A DNA stretch of 64,000 nt, from assembly GCA_051294905.1 (NCBI GenBank), contig CM119372.1, positions 29,266,001-29,330,000 on the forward strand, read 5' to 3'. Positions 38,697 to 51,094 of this stretch are shown here, piece by piece; within the stretch, counting starts at the first letter, position 1; every line of letters starts with the position of its first letter. The stretch comes from Botryllus schlosseri. Taxonomy: Eukaryota. Under the pieces are notes generated by a model. The model was not told the origin of the DNA. It made no database searches and was given only the letters and a program-made list of their open reading frames with translations. The position numbers were made by a program, and so were the translations under genes.

Positions 38697-39955
38697 CGTA
38701 TAATTTCAATTTGTCTGGCACAAATCAAACTGGGTGTTCGAAAAGGCGAAAGTAGAACAACTCTAGATATTTTCAGCGGTCTAGAAAACCGCCTAGAAGA
38801 ATATGATGTACTGGAAAATTTGAAAATCTCATATATCATATGTGACACCATAGCATCTGTTGATACTGGACGGCAGAATGGCGTTGTTTCGAAACTGCCA
38901 AATGCAATGATGAGCATGGGTTTTCATATCCCTTGCCAACATCATATTATCGATTCTTAAAGCATATATTAGAGTTCTTCGATCCAACGTCTTCAAGAAA
39001 TCTAACTATCAGCTACAAATTCGGAGATGATGTGGTAAAACACTACGAAAACTAGATGCAATCCACCAAGCACGAATTTCAGATGAAAATATTAGAAAAC
39101 CGAGGATGTAGGGATAATTTTAAGTTTATCTATGGCATGTGCAGAACATGCCGTTCTTTCAAAGAAAATAGTATAGATTACCACTGATCAAATGGCATAA
39201 ACTTCCATCTCTACGCAATGCGAGAGGGTGCTCAAGGGCCATTATTGCGTACTTCCACTTCCCCAGATAGAGAATAACTCTGGAGATGCCTATTCATCGT
39301 AAATGCGTGTCAGGAAGACTGTTATTCTAACCAGATGTCTAAAGATGGAATATACTAGAGCCCGACCGATTATCGGTTCGTCGATAATATCGAGACGATA
39401 TCACACTTTGAAAGAATTATCGGTATCGGCCATTGGAGCTGAAAAATCAACGGCAATTTGCGTGTGACGTCACAACATGGATGAAGGAAGCCAGAAAACT
39501 ATAGTCTTCGATCGCTAGACTGAGCATATTGATATATTTCATATAGCTTACACTTTACAGGTGTCCAGATGCAGCCTTCCTAGTTCATTTCATGTTCAAG
39601 TATAACAATGGCTGTAAAGATGTTCAAATAAATGCCCTCTGAAGATTTGAAAATGTGCTGATATGTATACATCCAACTTCTTTTGAATATCGGCTGAATG
39701 TATTGGGGTTATCGGCTAAGGTGTGAGATATTGGTTTTATCGGTATCCACCCAAAAATCCAATATCGGTCGGGCTCTAGAATATACCAAAGATTATTTGC
39801 TGCTATCTTTGCGGTCGAATGTCCTGCTGCGATAAAGTGCCCCAAAACCCCATTGAAAGTCGGATATGTCCGTCGTAGATGTCCCTGGCACTAACATAAT
39901 AACAGAAAGGGAAGTCAAATTGATGAATGAACTTTACAATAAGTGTAAAAGGACA
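38697..39955 (+). pseudogene. hATm-like transposase pseudogene
   Basis: ICDTIASVDTGRQNGVV...IPCQHHIID, RDNFKFIY, KLPSLRNARGCSRAI and TNIITEREVKLMNE, spread over frameshifts and stops. Not in the supplied ORF track. Confidence 0.75.
39356..39778. mobile_element. hAT MITE with (T)ATCGG/CCGAT repeats nested in the hATm element
   Basis: TIR TAGAGCCCGACCGAT / ATCGGTCGGGCTCTA. Perfect TSD GAATATAC. Confidence 0.88.
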
Positions 39956-40160
39956 TATATTTGAAGATTAAATTTGTAGCAAAGAATATCTTTGAATTTT
40001 AAATTTTTTCCATATTTGGACCAGTGTCGAAAATTGATATTAGTTTGTGCGGGACATTTTTTTCGATTTGAACAAAATGATTATAATTTTATTAATTTAT
40101 GCCAAAATGTTCATCAATTCCTGCTACAGGCAAAAAAAGTTTTATTTTGTCATAACCCTA

Positions 40161-40855
40161 ATGTGCATCCCTGCGTCAACTAGATCATACCGGTCATCAA
40201 GCTGTAGTCACGCCACGATGAAATGCGTCGTATACCATGCAGCAACCACCACGAATGGAAATTGTTAGCCTAGCCTACTGATGATTACAATTGATTGCGA
40301 TTCCTGCTATTTGATAATGGTAAATTTTCTATTTATCGGAGAGCTATACGCCATAAACAAAAGAGCCAGGTGTGTATAAAAAAGCGTCATGAATTTCTGT
40401 AAAGACTAAAGGGGGCCATATCAAGTACCCGCAGCTGTGTCTTCTTAACTGAGGTGTGTGAAATCATTGTATATTTGATGGAGACTGAAAACAGTCGCTA
40501 CTCTTGTTTCGAGACAATCATGATATTGATATTTCACAAAGCTAAATGATCATACTTCGCTGACATTTCTTTGTTCGTTTACAATTACATCAAAAAGGGG
40601 TCGAGAATCGATTGTTACATCATCATTAAACTGCGTGACAAACCAAATTCCTGCAGTCCATGTTAAAATGAAAGCTTTGTCCGCTATGGACCGTTATCCC
40701 TTCCAGTCCTTGATTTACATCAGATTTGCGGTTCGATGGGATTGTCTTGCGGTCCAATTACAAGCGCGACTGCCGCAGATTGTATGCCATGTATGGTTTA
40801 TATTAAATATTGAAGCCACTCATGGCTAGGTAGTGAAAGCTGCGAACCAGAAGTG
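40161..40855 (-). repeat. Family C repeat, copy 2 (reverse)
   Basis: Reverse complement aligns with the 31875 and 52288 copies. Confidence 0.7.
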
Positions 40856-41704
40856 AACCTTTTCGTCTTCGCGGACCGCGGACTCTTAAGTCATCGTTCA
40901 ATTTAGCTGTATCATCGTGTACCTCCATATGACTTTTGCAAATATTAACAATAAGCTCGTGATAAACTGGAAAAAAATGATTTTTCATTAAATTAATATC
41001 CTACATGTAAAAGGTTTTGGAACTTTTTTTATTATTTCAATTCGAATTCTACAGCTGAATTTTTTAAAATTCGTGTTCATGTCTTGAAAATCCGCGCGTT
41101 CGATTTAATATGAACGTGAGCCGCAAACCAATTTCTACGGATATAGGTGAAAGAAAATGATAACGTGTAACGCTTCCGAAGATACTTTTATGCATGCATG
41201 TTCGCAACATATTGGGTGCCAAAATGGAAAAACATAATGTTAATGAACACATATCACGTCGGGCTCATATTGAACTTTTTCTGAAATAATAGTGATAATA
41301 TGTATATCATTTGAGAAAAAAAATGAATCCGTAGTGGGAGGTTCCCCCCCTCCCGTATACATTATGGAAAAACTCTAAGAATTTATATTTCAAACGTATT
41401 TTCACTAATGTGCTGAGACTGACAACTTCAAATCGCAAATGGTTTGCAACCAACGCGAAGTTACCCTGATTAAGCTATATTCCAGCTTTTTTCACAAATG
41501 AGTTCGCTCAGTATAGTATATTTTAACTCACTCGGTGATTCTGGTGAGATGAGTAGGCCTACTTAAGTTGTAGCAGTTGTCAAGATGGCCAACTAACTTG
41601 AGATTTCCTTAGCTTACAAATTACAAATTAGACTAACAATCATGTTGTAAATGTAGAGGTTTCGCGAACTCCTCAGGTCCACGAACCCCGCTTGAGAACG
41701 ATTA
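40856..41704 (+). mobile_element. hAT family D copy
   Basis: Similar to 56607-57451 and 62284-63132 (ttcgcggacc, atttagct..att.tc.t.tac). First TIR bases lost. Confidence 0.6.
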
Positions 41705-42072
41705 GTCTAGGCCTATTCAGGATTAACATGGCCGCACGTGTCGGTTAGTCCATCGACAGCAATGGCTCTTAAACTTTATTAATGTGAGAAACCCATTCGG
41801 TAATCTGTATGTCTTCGGGGACGCTCAAATAACTGCTGAGGTGCAAAAACAAAAACCTACGAAATTACGCATCTAATTACACGTCTAATACATTACTACA
41901 GATTACTGATGCACAAAATCAACTGCGCATCAACAGGAAGGAACAGACCAATATAAATATGATTTCACACAACTAGGAAAGGAAAGGACGTAGTTTATTT
42001 TTGTCCTTGATGTTTTGGCGGCATATACACCGACTCACTATAGACATACACACGATCTGTGCATATGCATAC

Positions 42073-44461
42073 CAGACATGGGGTGATTACTTCATGAATG
42101 TAATCGATTGCGATTACGATTACTTCTGAATGACGCGATTACGATTACGATTACGATTACAGCAAAATCAGGAAGTAGTCGATTACGATTACGATTACAT
42201 TGGAAAAGTAATCACGATTACTCACGATTACATTTATTTTGCATCTTAGAAGTTATATCGGAAGACAATATAGGGATTGCGCTGAAAAGGCCTAATGAGA
42301 TAACAATCTTCCTTAAAAAAAGATGCGTCATTGGCTTGTTACGTCATGATGTACCGATTGTCCATTTTTATAGTAGTCGATTTATCGCACCCAACGATTT
42401 GCATTCTTGCCAGCTCAATAACCGCCGCCCCCCCAAATTTCCCAATAGGGTGGGGAGCGAGATCGAAGGGGACTCAAAAGTATTTCGTAAACCAACATAA
42501 ATTATACTGTCTTTTCGAGAGATTTGATCAACTTGAAAATTCTCTCTGGATAGCTTGATTTAGAAATGAATACGTCTCCTCCTAAAACAAAGCATACCTT
42601 ATTTATAGTAGGGTTGCATTTAAAACAAACGGTTGTTTAAAACATATTTTAAACAGTGTTTTATAAAGAAAGGCTTTAAAACAAACTAAATTATGTTTTT
42701 AAAGTTGTAACATTATGCCATAATTGTGTAAACACTTTCCAAAAAAATTTTTGTATGAGCCTACGGACAATTACCACCCGATTTGGCCGACGTAGATCGA
42801 TATGGGATGGTTGGAACCCTCAAAATAGTCTGTTCAACAGTTATGGTCCAGATATTTCGTCAAATGAGCTATATTTACCCTATATTTTCAATTGTCAATC
42901 TCAATCCACTAGGACGTCACAATTTTATATTCGTGACGTTGAGGTTTAAAAAAAACATTTTTTAAACAAGGGCCTTGTTTTAAACATGTCTGTTTTAAAT
43001 TGATTTTTGTTTTAAATGCAACCGTAATTTATAGTAATAGGCATTTAGGTGCCACTCAATACCTTGCCACGACACACCAAAAGCCATACGCAGTTTCGAC
43101 CAACATGCGACTTCACGAAGTGTGCTACTAAAGAAGGACCTTGGTCGAAACTTTGGGTATGTGTCCATTGTCAATAGCCACGCTGGGTGGACGTGACTAA
43201 TAGTCCGGTCCTTCCAATCTGAGCTCATAACACAAATGCCACCCGGGGCACCCAGAGAGTTTTAAAGACATGACAATTTGTGTGAGTGTGCGTGTGCGTC
43301 TCACCAAAGTTCTTGCGCCACTTCAATATCTTTTGACCATATAACAGACCGGAGGTCACGAATTAACAACATAAACCAAAGTAATTATAACAAAATACCG
43401 GACGTATAAGTATGAATTACTTGCTCCCAGCTCTACAGGTAAATCTGACCATCGGGGCTGAGAGAAGATTAAAAATTAATAGTAATATAATGCAATTACT
43501 AATATTGACGAAATTCAGTCTTCAACTTGGAAATACCACCCTATGGGGGATGGGGCCAAAGACCAACGTTTGAACTGGGGGACGAATTGCTATTCAGGTC
43601 CAGATTCTAGCTACCACCCACGTTAACATGATATTGAAGCCCATGGCCATGGCTGCAGGTCCCAATGTTGAGTAAAGAATTGTGAAATAACGATTGACGC
43701 CCGTTTCAAAGCCGGGGCCCGATGAAACGAACATAAAATTCTGCCTTCAACTTCATACAGATAATGTACTGCAAGCTGCCGTTACAAGAAACGGCAAAGA
43801 CGGCTCGGTTATGATTATATATCATTAGCTGTTGATTTTTACATGCTTCCTTTGGCGAGTACAAAATTTCAAATCTTTGTCCGGTGTACGTACGTAGTAC
43901 ATAGGCCTACTGCTCGCCCGAAGCAACGGTCAGACTGCGTTTAACTAAGCATAGCCAATCATCAATACATAAGTCACTATTTTAAACTAGGCAGAATGGA
44001 GATTAATTATCCTGCTGCGAGGCAGTGGCGTATGGAACGTGTTGATAATCTGATATACAGCACGGCGGGAGTTCTTACAACCGCACTAATGTAGGCTACG
44101 TACATCGAATATCTATTTACTGTGGATACTATACTTCTTACGCAATGACGAGCAAAGCTAATTGGCTACTTCTGACGTAATAATGAGCAATAGCATTTGT
44201 AAATCAGACGTGTGTGCTATCGCGAACCTGGTATAATATCTCTTCCTTATTCACGAATGTTCAGTTTATGTCATAGTCCTTGTACAAATAAAAAGTAATC
44301 GTTCTTTCACTAAGAAATCGATTAGATATGCGAAGTAGTCGATTACGATTACGATTACTTCGGAAATTTTTCGAATGTAATCGATTGCGATTACGATTAC
44401 TTGAAAATGCTGTAATCGTCGTAATCGATTACGATTACTAATCGCGATTACCCCATGTCTG
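42073..44461. mobile_element. hAT element with (GATTAC)n subterminal arrays
   Basis: TIR CAGACATGGGGT / ACCCCATGTCTG. Perfect TSD ATGCATAC. Reverse remnant at ~18037-18170. Confidence 0.9.
42609..43026. mobile_element. hAT MITE with TTTAAAAC repeats nested in 42073-44461
   Basis: TIR TAGGGTTGCATTTAAAACAAA / TTTGTTTTAAATGCAACCGTA. Perfect TSD ATTTATAG. Confidence 0.87.
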
Positions 44462-44514
44462 ATGCATACCATGAGTGCATGATGTGCACGTGCAGCTGGA
44501 CAAGGAAGGTACAG

Positions 44515-44690
44515 ATATAGCCTTATATGGTTCTCTAAGTCTTGCACCACCCCTCCATCCTATCCCAGTAATGCATAAGCGTCAAGCAGGGAAGTCATGG
44601 ATACCAGTGCTACTAATCAGGTCTTTGGTCTGACCCGGCCGGGGATCGAACCCACGACTTACCGATCAAGAAGCCGGACGCTTAAACATT
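44515..44690 (-). mobile_element. tRNA-derived SINE, second family (Meta-domain-like core)
   Basis: Reverse strand has B box GGTTCGATCCC then CCGGGTCAGACCAAAGAC...CCTGCTTGACGCT. Related core at ~19080-19160. Confidence 0.6.
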
Positions 44691-45269
44691 ACGATATCCA
44701 TCACTCTAAAACATTGGTGGATATTTATTGCGAAACATTTGGAGAGACTCTTGGGGGCAGACATTTTCAGTACACAATAGACACTTACGTGACCTTTGAC
44801 ACGAACCAATCAGGTTGCTGCAGGATGTAAACAAACATCAAGCCCGGGCAAGCTTACTATGAGCTCTTATGGAAAAGGGTTGAAAAATGAAGGTTTTTAG
44901 CAAAATTACATTGAATTGGGGATGGCTGGACCTGATGAATAGTAATAGCGCAGAGCTAGTATGTAGATGCAGCGTTTTAATCTAGAATGAACAATTTGAA
45001 CATGAATGGTGGCAAGTACGCATCAGCATGGTGTGTCCAAATGCATGGAGTTTTGACAACTTTTAGGATTAAGCAACGATTGATGTATACTATACTATCG
45101 GATTGTGGTAATGCATACTTGACGATTTCATAGGCTCAGGGCACGAGTAAAATCTCCAAGCATAATATCTCCTGTTCAGAAATATATGTTAAATATAGCC
45201 GCTGCCACACAGTACAATTTTGGTATATATTGATTGAAAGCTATGGATATTCTATCGGATTTTCGGATT

Positions 45270-45680
45270 TGAGTGGGACAGTATTTTCTTCTAACACCGC
45301 GGAGAAAGCTACGAAGCTACGTACACGACTTAGGGATAAAGATTGAGGAGACAATCCACTCTTATTGTGGAAGCAATATTCTCGTGAACAGCCAATGTTA
45401 TCGCAGAAAAAACTTGCAGAAAAGTGAGATACCACACCTGATGGAAATATCTCGGAAAATCTAATATTGATTCGTCTTGCACTTGTAAGACAGGGTAAGT
45501 AAGGAAAAAGGCATTTCTTCAGAGACTCATGCAATAGATATTGTAACCATGGTTTTATTTTCAGATTAGGTTCTGATATGCTCTCATGCATATGCAGTTA
45601 TGCAAGGATCAAGACAATCCAACACCTGAAGCTACAAGGGCTGAAAGACATACATTGTGATTTGCGTCAGCATCAGTGAG
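45270..45680 (+). pseudogene. SWIM zinc-finger accessory protein relic of the ISL2EU-like element
   Basis: SYVHD...ILVNSQCYRR...KSEIPHL, then SCTCKTG|LGS.ICSHAYAVM (CxC...CxH) across a 70-bp GT-AG intron at 45495-45564. Frameshifts present. Confidence 0.6.
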
Positions 45681-45901
45681 CTCGATCGTGATTGCCAAGC
45701 CATCTCTTGACCGTACTCGCAACCCATCAACTCCTGCCTCTAGGTAGATTTTGGTGTGTCTGGTGTCTTCGATTTTATAACATTACACCAAACACAAATA
45801 ATCCTACAACATCTGTACCTGGAGAACTGTTTATTCAACAAATTGGGCATCTACATGAGATTCAATGCACACCACACCACTGGAATATAGTATGTATAGA
45901 C

Positions 45902-46863
45902 CAGTGTTGGGATGACTCGAGTCATGACTTGACTCGAGTCACCTTTTTCGCATGACTTGACTTGACTCGAGTCACTTTGCCAAAATGACTTGACTTGACT
46001 TGACTCGGCGTATCAGAAATGTGGATTGACTCGTGACTCGGAGCAAAATTCACGAGTCAATTTCAAGTCATCAAGTAGCCTAATCGGTGTCAATAAAAAT
46101 CACTTTATCTTGGATATGTTCGGATTGTTCGCGAAACGCTTGTGTAACCCCTGTGACTGAGAGCGACCAATCATTCAATAAGCGTGCATTTCACCGAGCC
46201 TCGATTGTTCTTTCACAAATAGATTGACTGCAAACGAAGTGATCGAAGCTTAAAGCTTACGTTGTCGTAACTCTAGTGGTAAAGTAATAGAATAGCAAAA
46301 TGTCTGTTTCTGTTCTCATCTTACCTTAACCAAACCGATTGTTTTATTGAAATTGAAGTCGAATATAGTTTATATAGTCCTCAACCATGGGCACAGGCTC
46401 GAATGGTATCATATCTATTTGTAAATGGGTAACGTATTGCATCTTATCAATTCGTTTCCCTATTCTCTATTTTGGCTGGTAACTATAAACTGAGGCTATG
46501 CAATTACGTAGTTTCACAGTTCTACGTATATGTGAGCGATAAAGCGCCTTCTTGCGTGTATATTTAACTCTATATTCGTTCATCGGTTCGAAATCAATGA
46601 CCAATGACCACTCAAACTGTATTTCAGACAGCTAGCAAATTGCAGTGACGTAATCATTCCTCATACATACATCGAAAAGGCAACTTGACTTGAAATGTGA
46701 CTTGACTCGTGACTTGACTTGACTTGACTCGACTTGACTCGAGTCACCTCCAAAAATCGAGTGACTTGACCTGACTCGAGTCACCTTTGAAAATCGATTG
46801 ACTTGACTTGACTCGAGTCAAAATGTGCAATGACTCGAAGGTAGTGACTTGATCCCAACACTG
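45902..46863 (+). mobile_element. hAT MITE with (GACTT/GACTC)n arrays
   Basis: TIR CAGTGTTGGGAT / ATCCCAACACTG. Perfect TSD GTATAGAC. Confidence 0.9.
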
Positions 46864-46989
46864 GTATAGACATGCACTGTTGGCACACACTGACCATGGC
46901 ACCATGCAATTAGGATCTGTAGCATGCTATTAGTCATTACAATATTCACAATGGAACTGAATTTGCACAAATGCTGAATATGTTGCGTC

Positions 46990-49045
46990 ATTCATTTCTA
47001 ATCTTGAATTAGAGTAAGCAATTAGTCCATATTCGGTTAGTTGATAGACAATGCTGCATATTATGACACCGGACAAAATTTCACACTCCTTGATTCTTCC
47101 GATCAGTTGTTTAATATGAATATGATGTCTCGTCATCTTTCTTGTTGCGGAACAGTTTGGCCCCGACATTTGACGATGTGCCAAATCATGTGCAGGAATA
47201 TAAAATCTAGATTTAATTTCTTGATTTCAGGCTCAATTGCGAATCCCTTTTCTGCCATGATAGCATCTCTTAGTGCACCATAGCTCCATGTGAATAGTTC
47301 TCGCCAGTGTTGGGATCAAGTCACTACCTTCGAGTCACAAGTCATTTCGAGTCATTGCACATTTTGACTCGAGTCAAGTCGAGCCACGAGTCAAGTCACA
47401 CACACCAATGAACGAATACAGAGTTATACACACAAGAAGGCGCTGTGTCGCTCACGTATACGTAGAACTGCTAAACTACGTGATTGCATAGCCTCAGTTT
47501 ATAGTTAACATCCAAAATAGAGAATAGAGAAATGAATTGATAAGATGCAATACATTACCCATTTACAAATTGATATGATACAATTCGAGCCTTCGTCAAT
47601 GGTTAAGGACTATATAAACTAGCCTATATTCCAATCAATTTCAATAAAACAAGACATTTGGTTACGGTAAAAATGTAGAACAGAAATAGACATTTTGCTA
47701 TTAAATTACTTTACTACGGTATACTAGTTTACGACAACGTAAGCTGTAAGAGTCGTTTGCGATAAAAATATATTTGTGAGAGAACAATGAAGGCTCTGTA
47801 AAACGCTCGATCATTGAATGGTTGGTCACTCTCACGGGTTGGTTGGTCACTCTCACCAGCGTTTCGTGAACAGTCCGAACATACAGTGTGCAAGATACAG
47901 TGGTTTTTATTGACACCGATGACTTGAGGACTTGAAATTGACTCATGAATTTTGCTCCGAGTCACTAGTCAATCCACATTTCTGACATGCCAAGTCAAGT
48001 CATTTTAGCAAAGTGTCATGACTCGAGTCATACCAACACTGGTTCTCGCACAAAAGTTAGTACACCACAATCCATCAATCCTTTCAAAGTTGTATGTGAT
48101 TTATAGACAAAGATATTGTGAGCACGGCGGGGTTTGTCTTCATCAGTTCAGTACAGTCAATAATCATTCTAGATTTGAGAATTCGCGAATGGATGCAAAT
48201 GCTGCATTTTTAAGAACCACATCTCTACATAGCCAAATCGAAATTTAATGAAGCAGTTACATACGATTCACCTAATGGTTTAATACTATGCTTACTACAA
48301 TAATAGGAATTTGACGTCAGTAGGATAAGTCGGGCAATTCAGAAAGAATTTAATGTAGTCCAGTATAAAATTTCATCAGCTTCTCCACATCTTTTGACAC
48401 TATGGTGCTCTGAGAGCTGAACTTCACTAGCAATAATTGTCCGTCAATTTGTAATTTTCCTGGAAGAGTTTCCTGTTTTGTGCTTCTATACTTCTTCCAG
48501 AAATTTGATTTTCTTGCGTTTTATCCCTCTACTTCCTCTTTCTGCAGCGTCATAAAGGATATCCATCAAGCCTGCATAAAATATATAATATGTTTATTTT
48601 ACAGAGCAACAACACTGCTGTACAGGCACCCATCAAGGCGTGCTCGTGCGACTCATGTCGACCCCTACCAATGTCATCAACTATCCATCTTATCATTGAA
48701 TATATTGCTTTCAACAATTTCAATCCATTTTACACCATCAAGCAACAACACTGGAGCGGAATAATATGAGACACACACCAAGTCGATTGTGGCATCAACA
48801 ACGAAAGCGGTGTGACTGCATATCAGTTTGGACTCATTGTTCTATCTACTAAATTATGTGACGATTCAATATTTTTGGTACAATAATACATACGTCATTT
48901 TATCAATAAAATGAGAATTCAGATGACTATAAGGAAGTCCACATGCCTTTATCCAGATTTTACATTCTTCCATGCATGTTATTGGCTCTGGGAAAGGTAG
49001 AAGCGCACACCAGGAACGTTCTGGGTAGCAATCTCCAAGTTTCAC
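46990..49045 (-). pseudogene. THAP + DDE (DDE_Tnp_4-type) transposase pseudogene
   Basis: THAP-like PFPEP...CKIWIKACGLP..HLN...TYV at ~48880-49040, then KFYTGL, RMIIDCTEL, YKSHTTLKGL, GVLTFV, DAIMAEKGFAI and TRKMTRHHIHIKQLIGRIKECEIL. Split by the 47305-48041 MITE. Confidence 0.8.
47305..48041 (-). mobile_element. Same family as 45902-46863, opposite orientation
   Basis: CAGTGTTGGGAT / ATACCAACACTG. Perfect TSD GTTCTCGC. Interior is the reverse complement of the neighbouring copy. Confidence 0.9.
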
Positions 49046-49224
49046 CCGTAGGTAGGCTATTAGCAGTTTAGCTGCTGTGTTTATCCGGCATTTATCCTGA
49101 TGGATTCAATACATGAGCTAGAACAAAAAATGGCAATTTCAGCTGTGGTCGGATCATGTTGCCTAAGACATATATTATAGTAACATGTTGATTATAGAAT
49201 ATGCAGACAAGTGTCCAGTGTAAC

Positions 49225-49727
49225 CAGGGTTGTAACCAAGTCACAAGTCAATCACACGTTTATAGTTTTGACTCGAGTCATTTTCAATTCACCACCGAGT
49301 CAAGTCCAAGTCAGCGATCAGAGGGCCGAGTCCACCATGACTCGAGTCGAGTCCAAGTTATTGTGTCGACTGATCAGTTGCTAAATCTTGCTGAATCCAC
49401 TTTTTATAACTCAGTTTGGTGATATCGAATGGTTCGCATTTATAATACTAATTTTCCTCATTTTTAGCAGTTTCTGGTCGCGTTTTCAAGTATCAGTACC
49501 AATAGACGAAATCCCAATAGTGTGGTTACTTTACTATTCTTCGAAATTACAATGAAATGTCGGTCTTGGCCGTCAGAGTCTCGAGACATGCACAATGACT
49601 CGAGTCCAAGTCAAGTCAATACACAGATTGATTCGAGTCGAGTCATTTCCGTATTTTAAGAAAATGAGTCGAGTCATCATAAAATCGTGACTCGAGTCGA
49701 GTCATGACTCGAGTCATTACAACCCTG
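49225..49727 (+). mobile_element. hAT MITE with (GAGTC)n arrays (22870 family)
   Basis: CAGGGTTGTAA / TTACAACCCTG. Perfect TSD AGTGTAAC. Confidence 0.9.
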
Positions 49728-50404
49728 AGTGTAACAGTATAATTTGCTAGATAGTGATACAGACTGTTCCGTATATGATTCCCTAAATAGAACGCATATA
49801 ACACCGAGCACACATAATGAATACCCCACCTATCCTGACTCAAGATTCCTCTAATACATGCTATTCGGTACGACAATCCTATAGTATTGTTTACGACTAA
49901 TGATAACACCGCAACAGTTGTTTCATCCGAAAAGTTGTCAGAAATCCATTCATTTGGACATACCGTGCTGATGGTTGCTTGCCACCATTCAGGTTTATTC
50001 TAGGTTATAACACTGCAAATACGTACTAGCTCAACGTTATTACCATTCACCAAAGCCAGCTATCCCCAATTAAATGTCATTTTGCTAAAAACCTTCATTT
50101 TTCAACCCTTTTCCATAAGAGCTCATAGTAAGTTTGCCCGGGCTTGATGTTTGTTTACATCCTGCTGCAACCTGATTTGTTCGTGTCAAAGGTCACGTAA
50201 GTGTCTATTGAATAATTTATTCAATTTGACAGGACCAAAACAGCACTTCCTCAGCCTATTATGCATTTGCAAGCTAGTCCTAGTGCAGTGCTTCATAACC
50301 TTTAATATCATTGGGAGTCCTTACGGTAATCTGTGTAAACCTTCGCAGACCACCAAATGATAGCCGAGACACGGAAGCAAAAATCGACCACACTGCGGTT
50401 CTAT

Positions 50405-50520
50405 ACCAATACCGAGAAAACCATTACCTAGAATGGACATGAACGAGAATGGACATTACCGAGAATTGGCATTACCGAGAAAGGTCAATGCTGAGAATAT
50501 AACATAACCTACTGAGAAGA
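50405..50520. repeat. Degenerate ~16-bp tandem array (CATTACCGAGAATGGA-like)
   Basis: About seven recurrences of (A)CCGAGAA with ~16-bp spacing. Confidence 0.55.
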
Positions 50521-50807
50521 AGATTGTCGAAAACTTTGTACCTGAGAATCGACACCGAATTTGACAACGCCGTGATGCACATATACATAATATGTACACA
50601 TGCATAACACGCCTGCGTTGCAGACATTGCATACATCAGTGACGTGTGGTGACGAGGTTCATTTCTGGTGAAATACTGACCCTAGAATTTCCTTAGAATA
50701 AGACTGGCAAATATATACCACCTGATGCAATAGCTGATAGGTTTGACGACCTGTTTCTTCACACGCAGCCGATCTAGGCTTTTCCCCGCCATCTGATCCG
50801 CGTAATC

Positions 50808-51094
50808 CAGTGATTCTCAAACGTTTTTAGACACGCCCCCTTTCAAGACAGTGAAAAATTTCGCGCCCCCTATCGTCATATCACAAAATGAAACCAGACT
50901 GCTAGCAATCCCAACGGATAGTTTGATGGCATAGAAGGTTATGACTGTTGATGAGAGAATTCTCCAATATGAAATTCGGACTATACACAGAGCGAAAACC
51001 ATGAATTTGAAGCAAATCGCGCAAAGCGCGATTTTTTTCAGTTAACCAACAGCAGCTTTCAGACGCTTTAACGACCCCAGTATAAAAACCACTG
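50808..51094. mobile_element. hAT MITE, family F
   Basis: CAGTGATTCTCAAAC ... AACCACTG. TSD GCGTAATC / GCGTAAGC. Reverse relative of 57460-57779. Confidence 0.75.

Larger units (their letters stand above)
38329..40160 (+). mobile_element. hATm-like DNA transposon, decayed
   Basis: TIR TAGGGTTATGAC / GTCATAACCCTA. Perfect TSD ATGTGCAT. Internal transposase relic. Confidence 0.85.
44779..50206. mobile_element. ISL2EU-like (PIF/Harbinger-related) transposon, full length but decayed
   Basis: ~300-bp TIRs starting AGACACTTACGTGACCTTTGAC, outer ~130 bp near-identical. AT on both flanks. Two convergent pseudogenes inside. Confidence 0.85.

Noticed and set aside
44779..44905. Duplicated conserved enhancer or promoter (CCAAT, forkhead-like TGTAAACAAACA, TGACCTTTG)
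   Set aside because: Better explained as the TIR of the ISL2EU-like element; regulatory use is unsupported.
45330..45425. DNPLLLWKQ...PMLS peptide resembling a hAT dimerisation domain
   Set aside because: Flanked by stops; the overlapping frame fits the SWIM-protein relic better.
45902..46863. Repeated GACTCGAGTC palindromes suggesting a CRISPR array
   Set aside because: No constant repeat with unique spacers, eukaryotic context, and bounded by TIRs and a TSD.
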